Counted from the stretch's first letter, positions 1 through 14,360 are shown. The stretch is DNA of 64,000 nucleotides from Octopus vulgaris (GCA_951406725.2 OX597821.1:9796001-9860000), one strand, 5' to 3'. Numbers and translations are program-made. The notes: generated by a model from the sequence alone, not told the origin.

Positions 1-514
1 ACAACATCCAGAATAGCCCAAATTACAATCACTTCAAAGAAATACGGAAAAATATAGACACGGCGAGAATAATAAGAATGCAGAATGCACCAATAACAAT
101 TCTAAAACGAAAACACCAACAAGGCGAATCGAAATCCATGAAGTTCGTTGTTCAATAGAGTGACAAGTGCGAATTGATTCTGTACATATGAAAACACAAT
201 TAGAAAATTTTTACAAAAATGTTGTGTTACCCTGAAACAGCTATTGGAAACTATTTCATAACATCTCTGAGAATTGCCGATGAAGAAACGTCAATATCAG
301 TTACAGAAGCATGTTGCATCTTTAGTCCGATAACTGGACTAAAACAAAGAAGAGAATATGCGCTTCTGAAAATTAACACAATATCAATGGCAACAATTGA
401 GGGCCTCCTGAAAGCAGAGCAGTATTCTCTTATTCTTTTATTTCTTTGAGTCACCTTGATTGCGGCCATGGTAGAGCACCACCTTTAGTCGGACAAAGCG
501 ACCCCAGGACTTAG

Positions 515-668
515 TTACATTATTTATATTATTTACAATTGGCGGATATTTGTCCTCATCTTGTTTGTTGTTAACACAACGTTTCGGCTGATATACCCTC
601 CAGCCATCATCAGGTGTCTTGGGGGAAATTTGGAACCTGGGTTGTTATTCGTAAGTTATTTTTCGATA
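515..668 (-). mobile_element. Short PLE-type terminal-repeat fragment carrying a minimal hammerhead ribozyme
   Basis: Contains the hammerhead motif at 573-618 and is bounded by an AT-rich tail and (TTG)n/(TTA)n repeats. Confidence 0.6.
573..618 (-). ncRNA. Minimal type I hammerhead ribozyme without a stem III loop
   Basis: Minus strand GACAC-CTGATGA-t-GGCTG-gagggtatat-CAGCC-GAAAC-GTT-GTGTT: stem I GACAC/GTGTT, 5-bp stem II, intact core, palindromic AACGTT in place of stem III. Confidence 0.7.
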
Positions 669-918
669 TTGTTGTTGTTGTTGTTATTATTATTATTAGT
701 TGTTTGTGAACATCTCATCCATTGCTATGCAGTAGATGGTGTTTGTGTCGACTCAGAATACAGTAACGAACACATTTGAGATCTGTTTCCTGCACCAGTT
801 TCTGAGCTGTCTCCGTTTGCTTTATGCATGTCATACATGCATACATTTATAAATGCATGAATGAATATATGCGTATACATATATACGTATTTATGTTTAT
901 ATATACTACATATATACA

Positions 919-1714
919 TACGCTTGGGAATTGATTAATAAGTATTCGAACCAGTTCTATAAAATAAATGAATGACTACGATACCTACTACATTGGTATT
1001 TAATCTACTTCAATGAGGTCCTCTTAATCCATCACTGCTTCCATAGATGGAACCTTCTCGGAACTCATTTTCTGGGATGATCGGCAGCTGTCTGGACGTC
1101 CTGAAACCTTCTTCCCTTCAAGCGTGATTTGATAATTGGAAAGAGGGAAATTTCGCAAGGAATGAGATCTCGAAAGTACGGTATCTTGTCGGTCTTGGTG
1201 AATGAGGTGCCTAACCAAAACCTGTTGGAAAGCTACGCTGAATGGGTAGGTGCTTAAGCAGCTTTGACACAAACCGGACAAACACGCATCTCATGCAAAA
1301 ATCTTCAGTGATAATCGAATTAAATGAACAGTGACTAATCTGCACATCCTCTGGTTACACACGGACGGTGATAACACTATTTCCTCTCACAGCTGCAAGC
1401 ACATCTGCGATATTTTTCAAATTTCTGCTGATTTCGACCTCCGTGAACTTTCGTTACTATCGACATTTCTTCGGCTCATACACAACTCTTCATACACTAC
1501 TGGCAACTCTGAGTAGGTCTCTGAACAGGTATCAATAAACCTGTGGCAAAATGTGATGCAGATTCTCTGCTCAACTTTCTCTGTTATGGTAAATACGACG
1601 GTCACAAGCTAAACACGTTCCTGCTAAACACTACTCTAAACAGCGGAAGTGAGCTGTTTTCTTTAGCTTCCTTTTTATGGCAAGAGTCCGGAAACTTATT
1701 GACCAGACCACGTA
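919..1714 (-). mobile_element. Internally deleted, degenerate mariner DNA transposon
   Basis: Minus strand gives TEKVEQRICITFCHRFIDTCSETYSEL (N-terminal HTH), SIITEDFCMRCVFVRFVSKLL, and PYFRDLIPCEISLFPIIKSRLKGRRFQDV (YSPDLAP region). TIR-like ends at ~919-952 and ~1685-1714. Confidence 0.8.
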
Positions 1715-1790
1715 TACAATATATACATCTATAGGTAGGTAGGTAGGTTGGTTGGTAGGTAGAAAGAATGAGAGATAAATATAGAATATA

Positions 1791-2018
1791 TACTCTTACA
1801 CTTTACTCTTTTACTTGTTTCAGTCATTTGACTGCGGCCATGCTGGAGCACCGCCTTTAATCGAGCAACTCGATCCCGAAACTTATTCTTTTGTATGCCC
1901 AGTACTTATTCTATCGGTCTCTTTTGCCGAACCGCTAAGTAACGGGGACATAAACACACCAGCATCGGTTGTCAAGCAATGCTAGGGGGACAAACACAGA
2001 CGCACAAACACACACACA

Positions 2019-2055
<37 letters not shown>

Positions 2056-2230
2056 GTATATACATATATACGACGGGCTTCTTTCAGTTTCCGTCTACCA
2101 AATCCACACAGAAAGCTTTGGTCGGCCCAAGGTTATAGTAAAGACACTTACCCAAGGTGCCACGCAGTGGGACTGAACCCGGAACCATGTGGTTGGTAAA
2201 CATGCTACTTACCACACAGCCACTCCTGCG

Positions 2231-2232
<2 letters not shown>
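1791..2232 (-). mobile_element. tRNA-derived SINE, family A (octopus OK-like)
   Basis: Head GGCGCAGGAGTGGCTGTGTGGTAAG with B box GGTTCAGTCCC, internal TA/TG microsatellite, AAAAGAGT-type tail. Near-identical to copies at 24615, 28123 and 30578. Confidence 0.88.
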
Positions 2233-2320
<88 letters not shown>

Positions 2321-2410
2321 TAATCCAAACGGGAAAACAGAAAAACACCAACACGTGGAACAATTACAGTATTATTATTATTAGGCGCTGAGGAAATTGG
2401 AAGAAGGAGG

Positions 2411-2445
2411 GTATGACGTTTCGAGCGGAGCTCTTCGTCGGACAC
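2411..2445 (-). ncRNA. Variant minimal hammerhead motif in a PLE-type fragment (~2316-2518)
   Basis: Minus strand GTGT-CCGACGA-a-GAGC-tcc-GCTC-GAAAC-GTC-ATAC, with a U4C core change. The fragment lies between two (TA)n tracts. Confidence 0.5.
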
Positions 2446-2515
2446 ATAAGAGAAAGAAAGAAAGATCCCGAGACGGAAGGACAGGAAGAAAAATTGCAGG
2501 TCGTCTTCACGAGGT

Positions 2516-2575
<60 letters not shown>

Positions 2576-2770
2576 GACATACATAGTGTGTGTGTATGTG
2601 TGTGTGGACATATGATACAAGGATAACATTTTATTAAAAAATTAATCCAAAATGTTTCTTCCGTCATCAGAAGATAGGTACACGGATAGATAGATAGATA
2701 GTTATGAAATACGTACATATATACATACATATATACATACATACACATACATACACATACACACACACAA

Positions 2771-2801
<31 letters not shown>

Positions 2802-3603
2802 CGTACACACACTCACTAAAACATACGTACATACAGTCACACACGTACTTGTTCACAAAAACTTATGCCCATGTTTTCTATGTAGTTATATGTGGCTTTA
2901 TGTATTCGCAGTGTTATTTATATAAAGCCGATTCATGAGAACGTTCGCCATAATTGGCATCCGTTCTGGTAGTATAGCACTAAGGCATTCAAATATATTT
3001 CAATCAATTTAACATTACGAGGTTATTTTAATTCTTATTACTATTAGTCATTCACGTATTCCTTCAGACTGTTTATCTTCATTATCATAATGGAGATCCA
3101 CTTGCGCAATCGTATTCATGTTGCTACAGTTCCTTTTATATTGCAATTTCTGAAATATATATCACTCCGTTCAAATTCCCCCAATGTCGACGTTGCCTGG
3201 TATGACTTGAAGATCGTTAAAATGAGTACTAGTTCTGAGACCACTTTCATATGAGGCATCTCTCATACAATCGTTGGTCATATGCCAAAATTTGAAACAT
3301 GTAGCATTCGGTAGAAGTTTTCAATATTTCTTTATGATATTAGAAGCATTAATGTTTGGTTGGTTAGTTGGTTTTTCTATACAAAATTTCGATCGAATAT
3401 ACAAACACTGTGTGTAAAGAATGGCGGGTAGAGATTAGACATTAGGTTTCGTGCAAGATAGCATGAAAACTGAGCGCTAGACAAACAGACAATTTAAGAA
3501 ATATAGAGAGATATGTTAGAGAGATATTCGGTAAAAGAGATATGTTGAAAGGAAGACGTCCTGTGCGTTTGTGTATGTGCATGCATATACATAAGCATAT
3601 ATA

Positions 3604-3678
<75 letters not shown>

Positions 3679-4833
3679 ATGTATGTATAAATATATATAT
3701 AAGTAACTATTCACTCAGCAAACTTATCTGCAAGTAGAGTTAACTTTCACAATTTGTCATCAAGCTGAATCATTAAACTAATTGAACTTCACAAATCTAA
3801 TGAATTAATTCATAATTATTTTATCAAGTATTCTTTATAATAATTTAAAATTATTTCCTATCGTGTAAGAAACAAGAGTTGTATTGTTTCAATAGTTCAT
3901 AAAATTCTGTACGAATTAATTCATCATGAGACTAATGATGTTTACTATTTGAAAATTATTTTTCATTTCTTTCTATTGCATCGAAATTTTCAATTGAATG
4001 CAACTTGTATAATAAGAAATTTGTCTTCTAATTATCATTCCTATTAAAGCATAATTATCAGCGAATCATTTAAGTGGCGGCGTTTCCTGCCGACTGATTT
4101 TTTCAATCAACGAATTATTGTTGTTGTACAAGCGAAAGAAATATCTTTGTTAGAATCCGGTCCATTCAACTATGAAAGGTTATTAGAAAGAATGGCACGG
4201 GTGGACATCAGACGTTACATATTTTGATAAAAGAAAAACAAAAATATCCACACCAGAACATCACACAGCTTCATACGTACAGGCATATATACGGATGCAC
4301 ACAGTCACACATATAGACACGCGCGTGCACACATATACACAAGCGTTGTACATACACACACACACACTCGTTGAATATATACGCACATACACACTTATAT
4401 ACATCCTTAGGAATTGCAACTAATCAACTAGCGCTACTGCCAGGCTGTTTCTATCACACTTTTCATGTTTATAGTATTTTACCATTTCGAAAAAAATGTT
4501 ATTATCAATATAAATACGTATTTCATATTTCTGATTTTATTTACAAGTTATTTGCTGTACTTCAAACTGAACTTACTATAACGAATGGAAAACTATGGGC
4601 TCATCCAAAATTTAAAACAAATATAGGCAAGTTAGCAGAAATGATAGAACGTCAGAAATATGACTAGAAATACTTATTCAAGCCTTTAGACCCGTGGTTT
4701 TTAACTCTGTGTCTTCTTGTGGAGACGATCCGAAAAATTACCAATCATGGAATGCTATTATTTAATCTCATCCTCTTAAAATCCCGATTATTGTAGGTAG
4801 GGATCTTTTTTGTAATATTTACGGTTTAGGTAA

Positions 4834-5070
4834 GGCGTCGAGCTGGCAGATACGTTAGCACGGCGGGCGAAATGCGTAGCCGTATTTCGTCTGCCGTTAC
4901 GTTCTGAGTTCAAATTCCGCCGAGGTCGACTTTGCCTTTCATCCCTTAGAGGTCGATAAATTAAGTACCAGTTACGCACTGGGGTCGATATAATCTACTT
5001 AATCCATTTGTCTGTCCTTGTTTGTCCTCTCTGTGTTTAGCCCCTTGTGGGTAGTAAAGAAATAGGTATT
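4834..5070 (+). mobile_element. tRNA-derived SINE, family B
   Basis: GGCGTCGAGCTGGCAGATACG head and GAGTTCAAATTCC B box. Matches the copy at 61797-62013 and many decayed fragments. Confidence 0.85.
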
Positions 5071-5119
5071 TAATCTCTCTTTACGTTCTGAGTTAAAATA
5101 TAGCCAGGATATCTAAATG

Positions 5120-6570
5120 TTTAGATATAACATGTCAAAAGCTATATAAGGGATGACCTGGATATGCTCAATCACATTCCTGAAACAATAAAAAAACGCC
5201 CTTCTAGTATCATTCGAAGTCAACCTCTATTCCAATACCCCCACAACCTAGGAATAGAGGCAATTTAATTCTGGCTAGTGAATTACGCCAACAAACTCCC
5301 ACACCGCATCAACAAAGATTTCGTGATAAAAGAGCTAAATTGCGTCCTGGATAATAACTACCTCGTCTTCAAAGACAACTTCTACCGACAAAAATCGGGG
5401 ACTGGGTTGGGTACGAGAATGGCCACCTCCTTTGCTAACATAACCATGCGATATAGAGAAATTAGTTTTTATCGTAAGGTTCTAGAACATACGGCAGCCC
5501 ATTTTCCTTCTACATAGAAAATAACTGGAAGAGATAGCTGGATGCCTGTTTCATTCTTTGGAATAAAAATATAGAGAAACTAAAGGATTCCAAGCACTTA
5601 TAAATGAACTTGACGCAAAAATTTCAATTCACGATGAAATATAGCCAGCAATAACTTACCTGCCTCGGCATCCTCATTAAGAAATCTAAGAACGTAGTCG
5701 AAACATATATACTTTAAGCTCACGGACTCCAAGCAATATCTATCGTTCTATTTATGCCACCCCAGATACACCAGAATCAATAAACCCTTGAACTTAGCAA
5801 AAGTGATATGTACTATAGTTTCTAATGCAAACACCAGAGACACACTACTACATAAACTAAAGGATACACTCATCACCAGGAACTACTGACCTTCACTAAT
5901 TGACTAATGCTTTCAACGTGCCCTTCAACTCAACATCCTGGAACACAGACATCCAAAATTAAAGAAGGATTTACAAACAAAAGCCTTACCATACATCTCC
6001 ACACGCAACCATCTTAACAATGAAGCCTTCGACACCATCCTTCCAAACATTCCCCTGCTAAAGAAGGACCACAGAATGAACTTAATCCTCCAAACACACA
6101 CCATCATAAAAAGCAAGAGACAACCCAAATCTCCTAACAAAAGCCTGAATACGCTCAACAACAGAGACACCGTTAGTAAAGAATGCGGAAGACCCAACTG
6201 TGGGATACACGTCAACTTAATTGCAGGATCACAGTTCTTCTTCAAACAGGGACAACGCTTCACAGTGAAAAGCAACTTCACATGTACTTCGGAGAACTAT
6301 ATATAAGCACTAACTCTGGGTGTCAAGAGAAATACATAGGCCAAACAAAAAATAGGCTACGTAAAAGAATGACTCTGCACACATCCCAGGTCAAAATGCC
6401 CCAAAACAGAAAAAAAGCATTCAGCTAACACATCAACATTTGCGCCAACAACACAAATCCAAGATCTTCATAATTTCCCCTCTACCATTTCAGGGATAAT
6501 ACACCCTGTAGCCAACGAATTAGAAAAGAGACTATCTTTATTACGAAATACAGACCCATTTTGAACGAGT
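5120..6570 (+). mobile_element. Degenerate Penelope-like retroelement (Neptune-like) with RT, Cys motif and GIY-YIG
   Basis: Broken frames give SYIRDDLDML, FYRQKSGTGLGTRMATSFANI, WKR*LDACFILW (YxDD site), CGRPNC, FTCTSENYI, SGCQEKYIGQTKNRLRKRMTLH and KETIFITKYRPILN, with many stops and frameshifts. Confidence 0.85.
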
Positions 6571-6941
6571 TTACAACAAACGACATATCTACCACGGCCT
6601 TAGAATAACATAAACATCTATGCAAATATTAAAAATGATACACACAAGAGATTCCCATGAATTCATTAAAGAACAGTCATAATCACAATCCATAAGGAGC
6701 CACTTTTAGGTCACTACTATCATACTACCTAGATTCCTTCTTACTCTCCCTTCTCTTTCTCCTTCCTCTCTGCCACCTCATTCCTAACTTTGCTACTATT
6801 GCTGTTTAGAATAACACCTACGCAAATTTTGTAAACAAAACATTCAAAAGAGATGGCTCAAGAATTTAATCACTTCTACAATCCACATTTCACTTTCAGG
6901 GTACTTGATCATTCAATATACTACTATCATCTCACTCTCGC

Positions 6942-7128
6942 ATTCTTCATCTTCTCCTCCTCCTCCTCCTCCTCCTCCTCCTTCTCCTTCTCCTTCTTCT
7001 CCTTCTTCTCCTTCTTCTCCTCCTTCTTCTTCTTCTTCTTCTCCTTCTTCTCCTTCTTCTCCTCCTTCTTTTTCTTCTTCTTCTTCTTCTTCTTCTTCTT
7101 CTTCTTCTTCTTCTTCTTCTTCTTCTTC
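6942..7128. repeat. (TCC)n/(TTC)n polypyrimidine trinucleotide repeat
   Basis: Directly visible. It explains the poly-S/P/F/K/E ORFs. Confidence 0.95.
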
Positions 7129-7410
7129 CCTACCAAGAATTCACAACGGCATCGAACCCACAGGAGTAAACATGAGATACATAGACAGGCAGAATATGAG
7201 GAAAATGTCCCTTGTATTTGAATAATATACAAATATTATTTTAAAAAGCTTTTCATTTAATTTTTTCCAAAATTGAATTGGTTTCAAAATTTAATTGCTT
7301 TCCATAAACCAGTACTGAAATGTTTTTTCTAAAAATTTTTCAGCATTTTCTACCTTGATTTTTTTCCATATATATAAACATGTGTGTTCCTTTTGAACCT
7401 TCTACATATA

Positions 7411-7497
<87 letters not shown>

Positions 7498-7530
7498 GCG
7501 TGTGTGTGTATGAGTGTGTTGTGTGTGTGT

Positions 7531-7825
7531 AGGCGGAATGGCCCAGTGGTTAGGGTAGCGGACTCACGGTTGTAGAATCGCTGTTTCGATTCCCAGACTG
7601 GGCGTTGTGAGTGTCTATTGAGCAAAAACACCTAAAGGTCCACGCAGGGTGGGCGGGGGGTGATCTCCGCTGTACTCTTTCGCCACAACTTTCTCTCGGT
7701 ATCTTTTTCTGTTGGTCTGCTCGCTTAGCAAGCAGGGTGGCGTCATTTGAATTCTAAATCAATGCAAAGAGCATTGTGACCAGCGATGTGTAGCAACATC
7801 TGATAGCCTGGTCAGTTACGGTGAT
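7531..7825 (+). mobile_element. tRNA-derived SINE, family C with tail 1 (OR1/OR2-like), diverged
   Basis: GGCCCAGTGGTTAGGG A box, GTTTCGATTCCC B box, tail GCATTGTGACCAGCGATGTGTAGC...CGGTGAT. Confidence 0.8.
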
Positions 7826-7848
7826 ATATATACTTATATGTATATAAA

Positions 7849-7886
<38 letters not shown>

Positions 7887-7915
7887 TATATACAAACAGA
7901 TATATACATATATGT

Positions 7916-8193
7916 GGAGGCGCAATGGCCCAGTGGTTAGGGCAGCGGACTCGCGGTCGTAGGATCGCGGTTTCGATTCCCAGACCGGGCGTTGTGAGTG
8001 TCTATTGAGCGAAAACGCCTAAAGCTCTTTCGCCACTGTTTCTCTCACGTTTTCTTCTGCTGGCCTGCTCGCTTAGCTAGCCGGGTGGCGTCAGTTGAAA
8101 GGCTAAAAAAATGCGAAGCGCATTGTCACCAGCGATGTGTAGCAAAATCTGAAGGTCTGGTCGGTCACGGTGATATCACCGGTCACGGTGATA
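7916..8193 (+). mobile_element. tRNA-derived SINE, family C with tail 1, internally deleted
   Basis: Same head and tail as 7531-7825. Ends in a tandem GGTCACGGTGATAT repeat. Confidence 0.85.
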
Positions 8194-11100
8194 TATACAT
8201 GTATAGACACACAGTTACATTCATACTGATATAATAAGCTCATTGTCCGATACGTAAATGCTTAATCATTGTCTTTATAATCTTGCATAGATTGTAAAGA
8301 AATGCACGTTTATTGCACCTACATTAGTCAATGATTTCGGAAACTGAGAGAACGGGAACGATAAAAATGTATCCGACTGACATATTAGATGAATTTATTA
8401 ACTCTTTCTTTGCTCTCTGTATTTAAATCGTTTGGCTGGAAATATGATTTTGAACTGAAGAAGACAAGATTATCGAATCGAAAATCAATGTTATCTTCTG
8501 AAAATATGAGATTAGTATTTCCTTTATATAATGAGACTGTGCACCCCGTTTTCACTGTATAAAGATTTTTCAAGACTCATGAATTTTACAATGATACACT
8601 GCATAAAACAACTGTAGTATCAATACTAATGTGTGTGTTTGTGACATTAGAACTTATTGCCACTGTTGATGTCTGGAAATGGGTCTAGTCCTTTAAACAC
8701 GAACATTTTACAAATAACTAATTTGCATTACCGTTATGTGTCTAGTAACGATTGGTTTAGTGTATTTTATTCTTTTTTGTTTGGTAAAATTATCAATAGC
8801 TTTTGTAACTATGTTCGGTAATACTTTGCAAAATATTTCTTCACTGATGCATAGCAACGTGAATCAGCAATTTTCAAGAAATAATTCTGTTGCTACAATT
8901 TGTTTGTCCAAAACGCACTGTAATATTTCGGCCTATTTAATTAATCTTGTAAATATTAGATGTGTCGTTGGCAAACATTGCTATATCCATGTAAGCATCA
9001 GAGATGTGTTTCCAAAATAACTATCATTTTGCAAAGGAACAAGTAACATGCATTGTTCTCGAACAATGCATTCAATGTTTAGAAAGAGTAACTGAAGCGT
9101 TTCATGCTTTCAAACGAAACGTGATTCATATCATTATAGATATTTAAAATACTGCAAAATATTCTACTCTTATTTCAGATAAAACATTTTATCTCAAATG
9201 TTTATCTCCATAGTTTTCCGGTTACTTGGTTTTTTTTCATTGTTATTCCATATGGGTCTGCTTACTTTCTCCGTGTATGTGGATGTGTATGTGTTAAAAA
9301 GCTGATCGTATAATGAAAGGATTTTCGTTGGTAGAAGAATATAACTTAATACTTAGAACTAAAGATATTATTCCTCAAGTTCCAGAGACGATGTGCAGGA
9401 GTTTCTTCGAAAACTAAAAATAGCTCTGAACATGCTGATACCTAGTCATATTGATGGAACTGAAGTAATGAAAACTTATTCCCGTTAGTAACAGTCAACA
9501 CTGAAGTGATATGCGTTCATTCATTTTCGTATTTGTAGTAGCAATTTACATTTTAAAATAGATAAATTTAGTTTTCTACAAATTGGCAATAGTTGAATGT
9601 TGTTAAGTTACTAACACGAAGATTTGATTTAATCTTAGATATCATCATTAACTTCTTTGTCATTCATAAACGCATTAGAGAGTTTGCTCACGAGTGACAT
9701 TTTCCTGGATCCAAGAATGGAAGCATCGACTCCCAAAGTATTTCTCAAACATTAGCAATAAATGACGACGATACTAATCATGATAATCGTGATAATAATT
9801 ATAAGAAGGATTTCGAATTTTAGTCCAAAGCCAGCAATTTCCTAGGAGGAGGTACGTCGATTACATCAACCCCAGTATTCAGTTGGTACTTATTTTATCG
9901 GCCCCATAGGATGAAAGGCAATGTCAGCCTCAGCGGACGAAATTATTTATTCGCTGTTTTAGGGCAATTTTCTGGACAGTAGGAAATGAAATCTGCTACC
10001 ACACTCAGAATTATTGCTGATGAGTGCTCTAATGCATACATTTACAAAACAATGTCCATCATGAAGCATGCCAATGTTAAAATATGCAGCAGATAGGAAG
10101 CAGTACTTTGTGATAACAAAGAACGAATAATATACGCCGTAGATCCCTTTTGAATTTTTACGTGTGAACAAAGTAACGATGGGTAATTGACTGCCATTTG
10201 AAAGTGATTTTAATCATGCGTAGAACTAAGGAAATCTCAGAATTTTATCAAGTCATCTATAGGCAAAATCATCATTAGGGAATATTTGGGAGAAAATTAC
10301 GAAGGTGATATTCTAAATAGTGATATGCATTAGATGAAGAATAAATTCAAAATTATCAAAACATTTCAAGTTATTTCAATATCATTCAGTGAAATCGTTG
10401 ATAGCCGTTCAATAGTTATCTCTACAAAGCTAAATATGGCTCTTGTTTTCACATCTCCACTCTGATCCCTCTATTCCGCCCTCAATATCAATCTATTCGA
10501 AGCTCTCTGGTGTAGTGCAACAAGGATTACTCAATTACTCCCATACTATCTGCACACGAAAGTGTTCCTTTTTCATACACGAAACCAGTAAATAAGCTGC
10601 TAACTCGGCAGAAGCTCAAAAGAGCATGCATTTGCTATACAGCGATGACTTGGCCGAAATTTCCAAACGAATATTTCTTGCAAATATGATTGTGTTTTAT
10701 TAAATCGTAAAAAAACCGGACAGACTATGAATTTTCCAAATATTTTTCCTATCCAGAATTTTCGAAGTTTGGAAGTAATTTCCGGCGTTCATTGTTAGCT
10801 GTTATCACAGAGTGAAAAATTCCATGATTGTTGAAATCTGCAACACAATAGCTAGCACGTGCGAATGGTCTGTTTCCTTTTTATGGCTATTATACGGTTC
10901 ACTTTCATATTTTATTGTGTTTCACTCAGTGTATTATGCAGGTAGATTTGGATATCACTGCTCTTTTTATTTACTTCAATTCTTGCTTCTGTTTCTTCAC
11001 AAATTTATCCTTTTCAAATGAATTGTAGAGCATCAAATGAGCGCAGTATTATGCAAAAACACGTGATATTAATAATCAGGATTATGGTCATAAATATGCA

Positions 11101-13974
11101 ATGAACCAGTATATAATCTCTGGAATTTGTGGATCACGATAAATAACAGAGAAAATAAATTATTAGAAACATGTTAGAAAAGGCAAAAAATAACGCTACC
11201 AGAAAACCTGATGCACTACTTCATTGTTGCTATATATACTTGTTAGTCTACACTTAACAATAAAATAGTGATTTTGAGGAAAAGGGGAAAATGGAGAAGG
11301 TAAACGTTTGCAATGACAACTAATTTTCATAATCGACATTTCTAAGATTTGGGATAAGGAATTCAGTTTACAGGCAAAACTCAGATTATATCGACCAAAG
11401 AAACTGAGTGGCGTTTACTTTTACTGGCCTCTATCGGATAAATGCTAACATTGGTCTTAGCAAGATTTGAAATCAGATCGGAAAAAGTAGCCAGAAGATT
11501 ATTAAATACATTTTACGCCATACACTAACGATTCTGGCCGCTATCCGTCCTAATAGTGATGTGAGATGTTTTCTGTATTATCAAAAATTGCTGGACGAAA
11601 TAGCAAAATAAAGTGTGTACAATGCATGTGGAATTCAGTAGATAAGAGACTTTATGCAATGGCAGAACTTCGAAGACTTCATACCATAGGCGAAATTTGA
11701 TTAAATGCAGTGTGTAGAAAAACAGTGTAAATTGATATAAGAAGGAATTAACTTTATTACCCTACACTCACACACAGTTGGGAAGTAACTTTTCAGCGCG
11801 CGGAAACCAAATCTACTGCTTGTCTTCCATCACATGATATATTTCTTGGAGACTACTGAAAGACCCCTCAGAACTCTTCCATAGGACCATCAGAATGACA
11901 CCTATATGTTAGGGGCAGGAATATTTTAATATTTTGTATGTTTCTTTCAGTGTTCACCAATATCTCATCACTTGATTTTTTTCATCGTACTGATTAAATT
12001 CCTATTCCATTCAATTACTGGTTGGTTTACCCTCCTCCATTTAATATAGTAATTCCAGTAATGACTTTAAAAAATGTTTCTCCAATCTGTGAAACTGCAG
12101 TCGCAGACATCCTGCTGTCCTGCGCCTTTTCTGTGAGACTTCCTCTTTTACAATTTCATTTTTCCGTATTGCCATAGCTGTTCAGGCTGCATCGGATTCC
12201 AACCATTCTAAGTAGATGCATGGCGTAAATCTGTTAAAAAAGGAAATTTGGGTATTGTCTATAACTAATACCAACCCCAATTGAGAATGTTTAACCATTA
12301 TTTAATATTGACACCATGGATGCGGCGGATGTTTCGGTTTTCCTCGAAGCTGCTGATGCTGTTGTTTGTTCGACAGACAAAGCTGGTGCAACTGCAGACT
12401 GCCAAGGCTGACTGAACACTGCGCTTTTCAATCTCTGGGTAGAACAGCTTCAAAGTAGGTTTGTAAGCTATCTCTGGTCGTAATCCTTCAGGACAAGTAT
12501 TTTCTGAAGATGGTGTCATTATAACGAGTCGTAAAGACTTATATTTCCATACTGCCTTAAATGTACTGTGACACAATTTATTGGGTGCGTGTTTCACGCT
12601 CAATTTCTACTTGCTTTCGGTATGCCCTTAAATGCTAATTTCAGGCTGATATGGTCGCGAGCATTTTCCTTTTTGACACGCATGATACTGGTTCTGTTAG
12701 CAATTCAATACTTATTTAAGAATTTTCATAAAGCGTTTCCACCCTTTGTGAAACAGAGGTATATTGTAATATCCTCCTTGTCTGTGTTCACTTTATTTAT
12801 GGGTAATCAGGTATAAGCATATTTCCATTGCAGTGCTTTCGCTGTCCCAATTCAGCGTTTTTATTTTTCATTTCTTTACTTTCATTAGCACATATTTTAA
12901 ATCGACACACTTGTGTGTACATGCATGCCTGCTATTGGTGTTATTATTTTTTTTGCAGTTGTGCTTTCGGCGAAAGAAATATCAGCTAGTATAAAGGCAT
13001 ATATCTGTTCCCTGAGAGCGCAAAATTTACCATATTTTTAAGGGGAAGAGTTTGGCAGTTAAGATGTTTTACTATTTTTCTATTTAATCGCAGAAGTATG
13101 ATTTAAAATCTAGCTTCGCCAGGTGTTTTGTTAGGAAACATTTCTCGTGTAGTCGAACATAATAACTTTTTGTTGAACGAACGTCAATGTACTAAATCAA
13201 TTCTGTCTTGTAAATCTTTTATGCACGACATAATTGAATTAATCATCCAAAGAGTGCATGGGAAATCATAGAAACCCATGTAATCTAAATACGAACAAGC
13301 GTGAGATAAGAAAGCAGCAATAACACTATGATATACAAAAATGAAATCAAACAATTATGAAAGATAGAGTTTGAAATATTTACAGATAAATCAGGAACTT
13401 AAGTCAGAAGTATAAAAATTTAATGAAATAAGACCAACAGCAGCTGACAGAGTACAAATATAATTATGTGCAAAATTTGAAAACATGTGAGAAGCAGTAT
13501 GTGTGCCATGAATGGTGAAGTAGTAACTAAAGGTGAAGGAGGAATTGTTTCATTTGTGTATATCAAGGAAGATTGAAATAAAGTATAACATGCGAAAAAT
13601 GAACAACATAATAATGGCATTAAACTTCTTTTAGAATAATGAACGAACATTAAAGAGAGTTTATCATCAACTTTTGCATGAAGACTATACAAGGAAAATA
13701 TATTAAAGTCCAAATTGTTTCGAAAACAAAAAAGAAGAACGCAATTCATAAAAAAATTTTTCTGCTCAGTATTGAGGTTTAAGAATATATTTCTAAAGAA
13801 ATACAAAACCATTTCAGTGAAAGTTGAGAATAAGGAAGAATTTAGAAAACATAATTTAGTCATTACCTACTTCGTGCTTGCAACATAAGTATTTTGAAGG
13901 ATTCAATATGAATCACCTTTAAAGAGAAATTTTCTATGGTGCAACAACTGTTCAATCGCTTTAAATAGATATTA

Positions 13975-14184
13975 CTCTTTTCTGTTTGCTCTTTTTCTTT
14001 TTTCAATCATTTCACTGCATCCATGCTGGAGCACCGCCTTTAGTCGAACAAAGTGACAGCAGGACTTATTCTCTGGAGGCCTTTGTAAGCCTAGTACTTA
14101 TTCTATCGGTCTCTTTTGCCGAACCGCTATGTTACGGGGACGTAAACACGCCAGCATCGTTGGGGGACAAAACACGGATACACA

Positions 14185-14228
<44 letters not shown>

Positions 14229-14360
14229 CATATATATACATATATACGACAGGCTTCTTTCATTTTCCGTCTACCAAATCCACTTATATGCTTTGCTCGG
14301 CCCGAGGTTATAGTAGAAGACTCTTGTCCAAGGTGCCGCGTAGGGGGTCTGAACCCTGGA
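13975..14360 (-). mobile_element. Family A SINE, 5'-truncated and diverged
   Basis: Shares CCATGCTGGAGCACCGCC, TTCTATCGGTCTCTTTTGCCGAACCGC and TTCCGTCTACCAAATCCAC with the 1791-2232 copy. Confidence 0.85.

Noticed and set aside
30-140. Small minus-strand ORF MDFDSPCWCFRFRIVIGAFCILIILAVSIFFRISLK with a hydrophobic stretch
   Set aside because: Only 36 codons at the window edge with no independent support.
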